In this document: piece after piece, positions 56,249 through 64,000 of the stretch
Layout of the letters: every line of letters begins with the position of its first letter
Position numbering within the stretch: position 1 is the first letter of the stretch
Translations under genes and position numbers: made by a program
Notes under the pieces: model-generated
The model's input: the letters and a program-made list of their open reading frames with translations, nothing else
The model's database searches: none
What the model was told of the DNA's origin: nothing
DNA from: a virus
IMG/VR virus record: IMGVR_UViG_3300042991_000780
Coordinates: 1 to 64,000 of that record
Strand: one strand, 5' to 3'
DNA: 64,000 nt

Positions 56249-56829
56249 AATTTTTCCAATATTTTATCATATGATAAACCATCTGAAATCAATTTCAAAT
56301 ATTTATCTTTATTTAAATACTTTGGATTTATCCACCAATCTTCAAATGGATTTGGTGTTATTGTAACATTTGAACATAACAAAAAATATCCCCTTTCTGT
56401 TAAAAATTGTCTTTGTGTTGTTCTTTCAGTATCACCATAACCTCTATATGCGTCATGTTCAATTGTTATTATTTTAAACTCTACATTTGCTTCAAAAATT
56501 TTTTTTAATGCTAAAAATCTCAATCCATTACCTTCAATATCTAAACTTAAATAATCAATTACTTTGGGTATATTATGCGTTTCAAGTAATTTTTCATAAT
56601 CACATTCCAACGCATTAATGCATACAAAAGGCGTATTGCGTACTTTCCATTCATTAGTTAAATTATTAATGTCCAATGAAACACCATGCCATCCATGTTC
56701 TTCCAATAACATAGTATTATTTATATCTTTTGGTAATGCACAGCCAATGTCTAAAAAATATCCAGCATAATCATCACCAAAAAATGATAATACAAATATG
56801 TCCTGTCCTGCCTGTGAATATGTTTTCAT
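56245..56829 (-). CDS. FkbM-like methyltransferase
   Basis: YSQAGQD, FLDIG and IDYLSLDIEG motifs; the start at 56829 is coupled (ATGA) to the upstream stop. Confidence 0.8.
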   Translation of the reverse strand: MKTYSQAGQDIFVLSFFGDDYAGYFLDIGCALPKDINNTMLLEEHGWHGVSLDINNLTNEWKVRNTPFVCINALECDYEKLLETHNIPKVIDYLSLDIEGNGLRFLALKKIFEANVEFKIITIEHDAYRGYGDTERTTQRQFLTERGYFLLCSNVTITPNPFEDWWINPKYLNKDKYLKLISDGLSYDKILEKL

Positions 56830-57605
56830 AATGTCCAATGTTTTAATAATCTTTTTGCTCTTTGAACGCACATCATTTTATCTTCATACCAATGTTCCAC
56901 AAAGGGATGTGTTTCAATAATATTATATTTATATTTATGTATCATCCAACTATGTGCTGTTTGTTCACAAACATGCCAAACATGTACACCCAGATCAGAC
57001 ACGGGAAAAATATCAACATTAATCATTTGATTTGTTATATTATAAAATTCTTTCATTGGGTAGTTTTTTGGCAATCCCAATGTACCAATATTATATTCTT
57101 TAAAATCAATATTATTTAATATTGTCTGACACACTAAAATTTCACCCATTTTTGGATTTCCTTGTCTAACAATTCTTTCGTATTTCCATACAAACATGTC
57201 TTTTTCTTCATCAATGTTTGTTGGTAATGGTGCTTTCCAAATTAAATCATTATCAATTCTAATAAGATATTCATTTGGATCATTTGTATACATTTGCCAC
57301 TCAAGTATTGAATTAAATGCAAACCAATGTTTTCTCCACTCACTTATTTTTTCACCAATATTCATATATGAAACACTTGATAAATTTACATTATATTGTT
57401 CCATACGTTCTTTTATCATTTCAACATCATTTGTATAAATAATTAAGGGGATATCTGGGTTTTGTTCAACAAATGTTGCATATGATGCAGCAGAATATCC
57501 AAAAATATCTTTAGGAATTCTGCTATATACTTTGTCAGCCCAAAATCTTCCTGTTGCTTTAACTTTATCGATATCAAAATCGAACACTAACGACATTGCC
57601 CTCAT
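56826..57605 (-). CDS. Putative GT-A fold glycosyltransferase
   Basis: IIYTND, RIDND (DxD), YNIG and EQ motifs; cluster context. Confidence 0.55.
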   Translation of the reverse strand: MRAMSLVFDFDIDKVKATGRFWADKVYSRIPKDIFGYSAASYATFVEQNPDIPLIIYTNDVEMIKERMEQYNVNLSSVSYMNIGEKISEWRKHWFAFNSILEWQMYTNDPNEYLIRIDNDLIWKAPLPTNIDEEKDMFVWKYERIVRQGNPKMGEILVCQTILNNIDFKEYNIGTLGLPKNYPMKEFYNITNQMINVDIFPVSDLGVHVWHVCEQTAHSWMIHKYKYNIIETHPFVEHWYEDKMMCVQRAKRLLKHWTL

Positions 57606-57610
57606 ATTTA

Positions 57611-58372
57611 CTATTTTTTTGTTGCTATAAAATAGAACATATCTTTACCATGTTTTATTTGAATTATTTTATGTTTAAAACCAAGAATATCAAGTCTTGG
57701 TATTATTATTTTATTAAGCCATTCTATGTTATTTTCTTGTTGAAACATGCCACCCATTGCAATGAAAATATTTTTACATTCAAATAATTTAAGATTTTCT
57801 AATAATATTGCTCTTTCATTTATTGGTACTTCAGAAATTGACCATAAACCAATAAATAATGAATTTCCACTAATATTTTTTATTGTATCAAATTCCTGCA
57901 TAAAATAAACATTATTAATCACATTATTTTCATTTAAATAGTATTTTTGAATTTGTATTAATTCTGGAATATCGTAAGAATAATATGGTTTATTATGATC
58001 CCACGCCTTAAATAATCGACACACATTTCCATATCCACCACCAAATTCAACAACATCGTCAAATTCATTTAATTTATATCCAGTCTCTTCCATCATTCTT
58101 TGTAGTGAATATGCATGATGCAAATTATTTGTCGATGATTCAGAGCATATTGAATGTGAATTAGGTTTTAATTTGGTTTCTTTAATTTTATTCTTCCATG
58201 ATTCCCATCTTCCATTACTTATTAAATATTCATATTCAACATTTTGAATTCCCGCAATCATCGTTTTTTGAATTTCATTCCAATTGAAAAATGTTGCGAT
58301 ATTTTCATGTGCTAAATGATTTCGTATCCCATTTCGAAGAGTTTCCCAAAATCCTAATTTTATTTCACTCAT
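57611..58372 (-). CDS. Putative sugar O-methyltransferase
   Basis: VVEFGGGYG SAM motif, YDIPE and WSISEVP. Confidence 0.75.
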   Translation of the reverse strand: MSEIKLGFWETLRNGIRNHLAHENIATFFNWNEIQKTMIAGIQNVEYEYLISNGRWESWKNKIKETKLKPNSHSICSESSTNNLHHAYSLQRMMEETGYKLNEFDDVVEFGGGYGNVCRLFKAWDHNKPYYSYDIPELIQIQKYYLNENNVINNVYFMQEFDTIKNISGNSLFIGLWSISEVPINERAILLENLKLFECKNIFIAMGGMFQQENNIEWLNKIIIPRLDILGFKHKIIQIKHGKDMFYFIATKK

Positions 58373-59079
58373 AATATTCCTCTTTTATTCACATCAATAT
58401 TATTTTCACTCAAAATATTATTCAATTCATTTCCATATTCTTTCATATCCCATTTTCCCCTAACCAATGCTGTTGCAATATATGGATATACGTTGCTATC
58501 ATAATGTGATCCACCACGCTTATTTTCACCATCATAGTGATAAGCACCCATCATATTAAGACTAATCATTTTACTACGATAATCCGCATCAGTTTCCAAC
58601 CACCCATTACTTTTAACAATATTCATTAACTTAATATAATCAGAACTTCTCCAAATCGTTGCTTGCATTGCAAATATATTCGTATTGGTATATTCAATTT
58701 CATATAAGGTTTGTGATAACTGTTTGTTATATAAGTTGCCAGATTTTAATAATCTAACAAATGAATATTCTGAATGATCATGTAAAAATTTAATATATTC
58801 ATTTATTTTTTCCTCATTTACATCATTATATAATATAAAATCTTCTTGTAAATAAATAAAGTAATCGCCACCAAATTTTTTAACAGCGTTTATCCAGACC
58901 TGATAATACGGGTCTTTATTATCATAAACCAATTGTTTATCAACATCATAATTTTCAATAATTTTATCAGATGTAAAATATAATGGTAAATTAGTATGCT
59001 TCTGATTTTGTTTAATAAACATTTCCCAAACATCAGAACAATTTGAATTAGTATATGCTATTTGTGTTACCATATGCAA
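58369..59079 (-). CDS. Putative glycosyltransferase
   Basis: FIYLQEDF, QATIWR and LVRGKW motifs; cluster context. Confidence 0.6.
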   Translation of the reverse strand: MHMVTQIAYTNSNCSDVWEMFIKQNQKHTNLPLYFTSDKIIENYDVDKQLVYDNKDPYYQVWINAVKKFGGDYFIYLQEDFILYNDVNEEKINEYIKFLHDHSEYSFVRLLKSGNLYNKQLSQTLYEIEYTNTNIFAMQATIWRSSDYIKLMNIVKSNGWLETDADYRSKMISLNMMGAYHYDGENKRGGSHYDSNVYPYIATALVRGKWDMKEYGNELNNILSENNIDVNKRGIL

Positions 59080-59798
59080 GTCTTATTTAATGTATCAGCA
59101 CCTTTTAAATAACCTCTTGTTGCACCAAGATGCATCATGCTATCTAATGTTGATCCAGCATCAAGATATGTATTATTTGGTGATGATTTAAAACATTCGA
59201 GAATTAATATATTAGTAAAAGGTCCTGCACAAATTAAGAACATATGATTTTCAATATGATTATCCTCAACATATTTTTTCATTTCATAAACAAGTTCATA
59301 ATTTGACATCCATGCATTTGTACCAACATAAAATGTTTTCACAATTTTATCTCTAAACGGTAAATCATATGTAATTGCCAATTTATTCACAACCATAACA
59401 ATATTATAATTATTGAATTCTGGTATTATTTGTTTTACAAATAACGGATAATTCGAATTAACAAAAATGTTTCCCCAAGTTAAATGTTCTTCATCTTGTC
59501 CGGTTAATTTTTTTAATTTCATATGCTTATCATTACCAACACAACACCTACAAGCAATTCCCACATAATAATTATCCGCTTTATATTGTGTTGACTCTAA
59601 TAATTTCTCTCTAAAAAACTTATGCTGCTCTTGTTGTGGATCATATATGAATTCACCATTTAATTTTTGTCTTAGATCAATAAATTCATTAAATAATATT
59701 ATCATCTCACCATCATTTGCTCTTGATATAGCAAATGGTTGATGATTTTTTATCATATTATAAAATTTGGTGAAATCTTCTTTAAATGTTTTCATCAT
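59067..59798 (-). CDS. GT-D fold (DUF1792-like) glycosyltransferase
   Basis: FAISRANDGE, LICAGP and YLDAGSTLD resemble the GT-D signatures RFGDGE, LGP and DIG. Confidence 0.6.
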   Translation of the reverse strand: MMKTFKEDFTKFYNMIKNHQPFAISRANDGEMIILFNEFIDLRQKLNGEFIYDPQQEQHKFFREKLLESTQYKADNYYVGIACRCCVGNDKHMKLKKLTGQDEEHLTWGNIFVNSNYPLFVKQIIPEFNNYNIVMVVNKLAITYDLPFRDKIVKTFYVGTNAWMSNYELVYEMKKYVEDNHIENHMFLICAGPFTNILILECFKSSPNNTYLDAGSTLDSMMHLGATRGYLKGADTLNKTCIW

Positions 59799-60882
59799 AT
59801 TTAAAATTATTTGCTAATGTTAGTGCTCTATCAACAGTTTCATCCATATTAAGATATTTATATGAACCTAATCTACCACCAAAAATATATTTCTTATTAT
59901 CAACATTTTCAGCATATTTCTCATAAATAATTTGATTTTTATTATTATTAAATGGATAATATGCTTGAACACCTATTTTCCAATCTTGTGGATATTCTCT
60001 GGTAATAATTGTAAAGTCTTGTTTGCCAAATTCAAAATGTTTATGTTCAATGATTCTGGTAAATTCATATTTTTTTTCAGGATATGAGACAACGCAAACA
60101 CCTTGAAAATCTTTAACTGGTCGTGTTTCATTTTCAAATTTTAATGACCTGTATTCAAGTGCACCAAATTCATAATTAAAAAATTCATCTATTGCACCAG
60201 TATATATAATTTTATCATATTTGTCATTAAAATATTCTTTATTGTTTAAATAATCAACGTTTAGATCAACAGGTATTGCTTTTAATAATGAATTAAATAA
60301 TTTTGTGTAATCTGGCATACCTTGATAGATATCATAATAATAACTATCATTATAATCCATACGAATAACTTGTCGAGCAATTATTTCAGCCGGAATTTCT
60401 TTTGGGTTTTTATGCCACTGTTTTTCTAAATATTGTTTATAAAAAATATCATATATTTCTTTTCCAACATTTCCAAGTGCCCATTCTTCAGCATTATCAT
60501 AAAAATTTCTTTTATATTCTTTGGTCACTTCAGTAATCTTTTTTTCCGCTTCTGTCGGAGTTGTTATATTCCACAATTGATTTAATGTCATTAAATTAAT
60601 TGGTAGTGAATATAATCTATCCCCAAATCTTAATTTCATTCTCAATGAAAATTGATTAATTGTGGTATGTTTTAACAAAAATTTCCACACCAAATCATTT
60701 GATGTGTGAAAAACATGAGCACCATACACATGAACATTAATACCATTCACATTTTCAGTATAACAATTACCACCAATATGATTTCTTCGATCAATAACGT
60801 GACATTTATATCCAACATCAGTTAATTCTCTTGCTATTACTGACCCAAACAGTCCTGATCCAACAATTAATATTTTTTTCAT
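59782..60882 (-). CDS. glf: UDP-galactopyranose mutase
   Basis: IVGSGLFG, HIGGNCY, VHVYGAHVFHT, LEYRSL, TRIIEHKHF and GRLGSYKYLNMD motifs. Confidence 0.93.
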   Translation of the reverse strand: MKKILIVGSGLFGSVIARELTDVGYKCHVIDRRNHIGGNCYTENVNGINVHVYGAHVFHTSNDLVWKFLLKHTTINQFSLRMKLRFGDRLYSLPINLMTLNQLWNITTPTEAEKKITEVTKEYKRNFYDNAEEWALGNVGKEIYDIFYKQYLEKQWHKNPKEIPAEIIARQVIRMDYNDSYYYDIYQGMPDYTKLFNSLLKAIPVDLNVDYLNNKEYFNDKYDKIIYTGAIDEFFNYEFGALEYRSLKFENETRPVKDFQGVCVVSYPEKKYEFTRIIEHKHFEFGKQDFTIITREYPQDWKIGVQAYYPFNNNKNQIIYEKYAENVDNKKYIFGGRLGSYKYLNMDETVDRALTLANNFKYDENI

Positions 60883-60885
60883 TAC

Positions 60886-61569
60886 TTATTTCACGTATTT
60901 CTTTATTATTTTCTCAGTATATCCTTCAGGTATAATGTTTAAATGTTGTAATATCATTTTAGTGGCAATTGACAATTCTGGAAAATCATTAATGTTTGAA
61001 TCAACAAATTTAATTTTTGCTTTAATATTTAGTTGTTTTGCAATTAAATTCACAATTTCAATAACATAAAGTTTTTCGATAAATGGAAATTCAACATATG
61101 TGTTTTTATCTTTCCATTTTTTTAATAAAATATCAATAATTCCCTTTACATCATCCACATCAATTAAACTTTTATATGTGTTTTTATATACAGTAATTTC
61201 ATTATTTGTTTTAATGCTATTCACAATATAATTAACCAATTCGTGATTATTTCCCCCAAATCCAATTGCTTGAGGTAGTTTTAATATTGTATAAAAATTA
61301 TTAGAATCTTTTATAATGTTTTCGATATTTAATTTATGTTCAGCATATTTTCTTTTTAAAATGTTTGAATCGATAAATGATGAGAAATATACAAGATGTT
61401 TATCTTTATGTTCATGTAATATCTTAATAAGCAAGTCCCTTTCTCTTTTAAATTCATTTGTATTGGTCTCAAAAGAATTTGAAACTCCGGCAGCAAATAT
61501 TATATAATTGTCATCATTTTTATAATCATTTATAAATGCAGATGCTATTAACCCATTACCAATTACCAT
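60886..61569 (-). CDS. NAD(P)-dependent epimerase/dehydratase-like
   Basis: IGNGLIA, FAAGVSNS, YFSS and YAEHK (YxxxK) motifs. Confidence 0.75.
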   Translation of the reverse strand: MVIGNGLIASAFINDYKNDDNYIIFAAGVSNSFETNTNEFKRERDLLIKILHEHKDKHLVYFSSFIDSNILKRKYAEHKLNIENIIKDSNNFYTILKLPQAIGFGGNNHELVNYIVNSIKTNNEITVYKNTYKSLIDVDDVKGIIDILLKKWKDKNTYVEFPFIEKLYVIEIVNLIAKQLNIKAKIKFVDSNINDFPELSIATKMILQHLNIIPEGYTEKIIKKYVK

Positions 61570-61570
61570 T

Positions 61571-62305
61571 TCATTTTATATTATTAACCGTTTTCCAACC
61601 ACGATTCATGTAAAATATACAAATTTTATTTCTAATCTCCAAGTGATTTTGAATTTTCCATGATGCGTTATCGTCACTACCTATATTAAGACCATCGCTA
61701 TAATTCGTACACCAAACATTCAAATTACTATCTGGGTGAGGTGGAACAAATGTATTTATGTTACCATATTTTTGTGCTAAATATGAAAATGTGATATCTT
61801 CACCATTCTCAAGAGTATATGGTTTTTCATACCAAATATATTTTGACCATTCTTGCCTAAAAAACCAAGCATGACCAACAAGATCAACACGTATTGGTTT
61901 ATCTGAGTGTGTTCCATTCCATCCAATCTTTATGTGTGGAACATATCCAGTATTTTGTAAAATAATGCCACTACCGCCAAGAATTCCATTCGTTTCTGGT
62001 TTTTCGATTGTTTCTAAGCAATTCTTTAACCAATCTTTTTGTGGAATAATATCGTCATCAAATATTGCAACATATGGTGTGTTTAAAAATAATGGTATTG
62101 TAAATCTACCAAAAAACTTAGTGTTCCAATTACAAACATATGTTTTTATTTTTTCATCTTTAGGGTACACTTGCACGATATTGCTTTTATTATACCAAAC
62201 ATGAATATTCTCACTCTTTATTGGGATCGACTGGTTCTTTATTGCTTGAATTTGTCTTTCAAGCATTCCCGGTCTTCTATATACATTTAATACAACACTT
62301 ATCAT
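61571..62305 (-). CDS. GT-A fold glycosyltransferase
   Basis: ISVVLNVYRR, AIFDDDIIP and GEDI motifs. Confidence 0.8.
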   Translation of the reverse strand: MISVVLNVYRRPGMLERQIQAIKNQSIPIKSENIHVWYNKSNIVQVYPKDEKIKTYVCNWNTKFFGRFTIPLFLNTPYVAIFDDDIIPQKDWLKNCLETIEKPETNGILGGSGIILQNTGYVPHIKIGWNGTHSDKPIRVDLVGHAWFFRQEWSKYIWYEKPYTLENGEDITFSYLAQKYGNINTFVPPHPDSNLNVWCTNYSDGLNIGSDDNASWKIQNHLEIRNKICIFYMNRGWKTVNNIK

Positions 62306-62306
62306 A

Positions 62307-62984
62307 TTAAATTAATTTTTTAAATGTATTATTTATTAAATTATCAATTTCTTTATATGGATTATTTCCCCAAATAGTTTTATCATTTGTTAGTAATGGT
62401 TTTAACCACATACTTTCTCTTTTAATAGAAATAATTGAAATTTTTTGTTTTAACAAAAAATAACCCAAATACGGATCAGACATATTTGAAATTTTAAAAT
62501 CTTCCAAATTTATTTTAACCAATCCTTTATAAAAACAAGAAGTTCCAACACCGGGTATCATTACTTTTGTGTCTTCCTTTAATTCTTTTTTAAAATGATA
62601 TACTGTTCTTCCCCTTTTATAATAATCAACACTTTGCTGTAAATTGATGTTACACCCATGAACACAACACACTACTTTATTTTCATATTTTTTCATATTT
62701 TCTATGAGTCTTTCAGCATAATTTTTAGGATATAATATATCGTCATCAATGGTAAAATAATATGTATCATCCTCACAACAATTATAATAAAAAAATCTTA
62801 ATTCAGAACCACCTTTTGTAATTTTAGATATTATTAAATTGTTATTTAATAATATATCTGGAATTTTATTAAATCCTATAAGATTAACATATAATAAATC
62901 ACATTGATCTAAAATGTTTGGAAGTATTATTTTCAAATTACTTTCCCTTGATGAAATAATATTAAGACTAAATATTTTTTTCAT
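62307..62984 (-). CDS. GT-A fold glycosyltransferase
   Basis: YFTIDDDILYP..Y and PGVGT motifs. Confidence 0.75.
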   Translation of the reverse strand: MKKIFSLNIISSRESNLKIILPNILDQCDLLYVNLIGFNKIPDILLNNNLIISKITKGGSELRFFYYNCCEDDTYYFTIDDDILYPKNYAERLIENMKKYENKVVCCVHGCNINLQQSVDYYKRGRTVYHFKKELKEDTKVMIPGVGTSCFYKGLVKINLEDFKISNMSDPYLGYFLLKQKISIISIKRESMWLKPLLTNDKTIWGNNPYKEIDNLINNTFKKLI

Positions 62985-63523
62985 AAAACGGCAATAATAT
63001 TATTGTGTATATATTCTATTTTATATTCTTTTAATTCTAATCTTCTAACCAAACTTTCAATTTCTGTAGAATTAGATAAGATATTATTTTCAAATTGAAT
63101 TCTATTGGGTACTATATCAACTTCATCAAAAAAATTATTTAATATAATTGCATCATGACCTTCAGTGTCAATTTTTAGAAAATCAATAAAATTAATGTTA
63201 TATTTTTCAATAATTTTTTTAATTTTTGTTACTTTTACAATATCTATTATAATATCTTCCCTTTTAAAATACTGTAAAAGTCTTGGATGATAATCATACA
63301 TAGAACAACAACCTCTTAACCAATTTGGTGCATTATATTTTTTTATTATCTTTTCAGTAACATAATACATTTTCGCAAATCCTTCATAATTGGAAATTGC
63401 AACATTTTCTTTAATACAATTATTTGGAAGTCTGTCAAAATAATATTTTACAGGCTCTATAAATATACCCGGCTCAATTCCTGCCAACGTATTAAAATCA
63501 GATGTCCCAATTTCTATGATCAT
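62981..63523 (-). CDS. FkbM-like methyltransferase
   Basis: IEIGTSDF, IEPV, NVAIS and IDFLKIDTEGHD motifs. Confidence 0.8.
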   Translation of the reverse strand: MIIEIGTSDFNTLAGIEPGIFIEPVKYYFDRLPNNCIKENVAISNYEGFAKMYYVTEKIIKKYNAPNWLRGCCSMYDYHPRLLQYFKREDIIIDIVKVTKIKKIIEKYNINFIDFLKIDTEGHDAIILNNFFDEVDIVPNRIQFENNILSNSTEIESLVRRLELKEYKIEYIHNNIIAVL

Positions 63524-64000
63524 TTGTAAAAAATTAATCTTTTACAGGTTGTGTCCTGCCTAATAAGTTTACATTTTTTAAAATTATTCAATAATATATT
63601 TTTAATTTCATTTGTATTATCCCTAACATCTAATATTAAAAATCCATCAGATTTAAGTGTTTTTTCAATAAAATCAGAATATGTTGAATATGGATAATGA
63701 AATGATAACGAAAAAAAAGAGATAATAACATCATATTTTTCATTAAAGGGTAATTTGTCTTTATTAACATTAATGAATTTAACTATATTAATTGGAATAT
63801 CATTTTCGATCAATAAATTCTTCGTTAATTCAAATTCATTATAATAGGAGGCTTCTTTTTTAAAACCATAATAAATTTTATCTGACTGACCGTTTTTATC
63901 AATTAATGTCATATTTTTTATATTAAAATTCTTATATAATAAAATATCAACAGCACCAACACCACAACCAATATCACAAATATTTAAATTTTGATTATTA
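63520..64000 (-). CDS. SAM-dependent methyltransferase, 5'-truncated by the window
   Basis: The frame of 63520..63912 stays open to the window edge and reads ICDIGCGVGAVD (SAM motif I) upstream of the called Met. Confidence 0.8.
   Translation of the reverse strand, partial: NNQNLNICDIGCGVGAVDILLYKNFNIKNMTLIDKNGQSDKIYYGFKKEASYYNEFELTKNLLIENDIPINIVKFINVNKDKLPFNEKYDVIISFFSLSFHYPYSTYSDFIEKTLKSDGFLILDVRDNTNEIKNILLNNFKKCKLIRQDTTCKRLIFYK

Noticed and set aside
1114-62204. Many short plus-strand and nested ORFs in the track (e.g. 3555..3983, 20900..21268, 28674..29147, 34772..34957, 36543..36797, 40788..41204)
   Set aside because: They are antisense or off-frame shadows of long biased genes, or overlap the structured RNAs, and show no motifs. 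Only 35326..36003 is credible on the plus strand.
1-64000. Stop-codon reassignment
   Set aside because: Genes are full-length and tightly packed under the standard code; TAA, TAG and TGA all end genes.
49320-64000. Bacterial chromosomal LPS/O-antigen locus
   Set aside because: It is contiguous with phage replication and structural genes, contains a homing endonuclease, and has no membrane or export genes.

Overview
AT-rich segment of a large tailed-phage genome with nearly all genes on the minus strand and the standard genetic code. The host is probably Bacteroidota, inferred from TAnnTTTG/-33 TTG promoters and A-rich starts without obvious Shine-Dalgarno sequences. Layout: (1) 1-31.6 kb, a tandem array of modular Gly/Thr-rich fibre/decoration proteins that are rich in [S/T]-G-x-T motifs, some also Cys-rich, with a GT9-like glycosyltransferase and a GIY-YIG nuclease inside it. 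(2) 31.8-37.0 kb, the most notable part: an ARPP-1/DUF6569-like gene and a divergent Ro60/TROVE-vWA-like gene lie downstream of an apparent ncRNA operon. The operon holds five copies of a structured RNA (7-bp terminal helix, fixed-spacing AAC...UUACAGUAA core). Four of them carry a different tRNA-derived insert: a circularly permuted tRNA-Lys with an internal NCCA, a lone Ser anticodon stem-loop, a near-complete tRNA-Asp body, and an acceptor/T-arm hybrid. The operon also has a tRNA-Met, boxA-like elements and two inserted endonucleases. (3) 37-43 kb, replication/recombination genes: helicase, 5'-3' exonuclease, RecA/UvsX and a gp32-like SSB. (4) 43-49 kb, putative structural/internal head proteins. 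(5) 49-64 kb, a glycan cluster with nucleotide-heptose pathway genes, wecB, glf, epimerases, glycosyltransferases and methyltransferases. All family calls come from motif recognition by eye; no database search or folding program was run.
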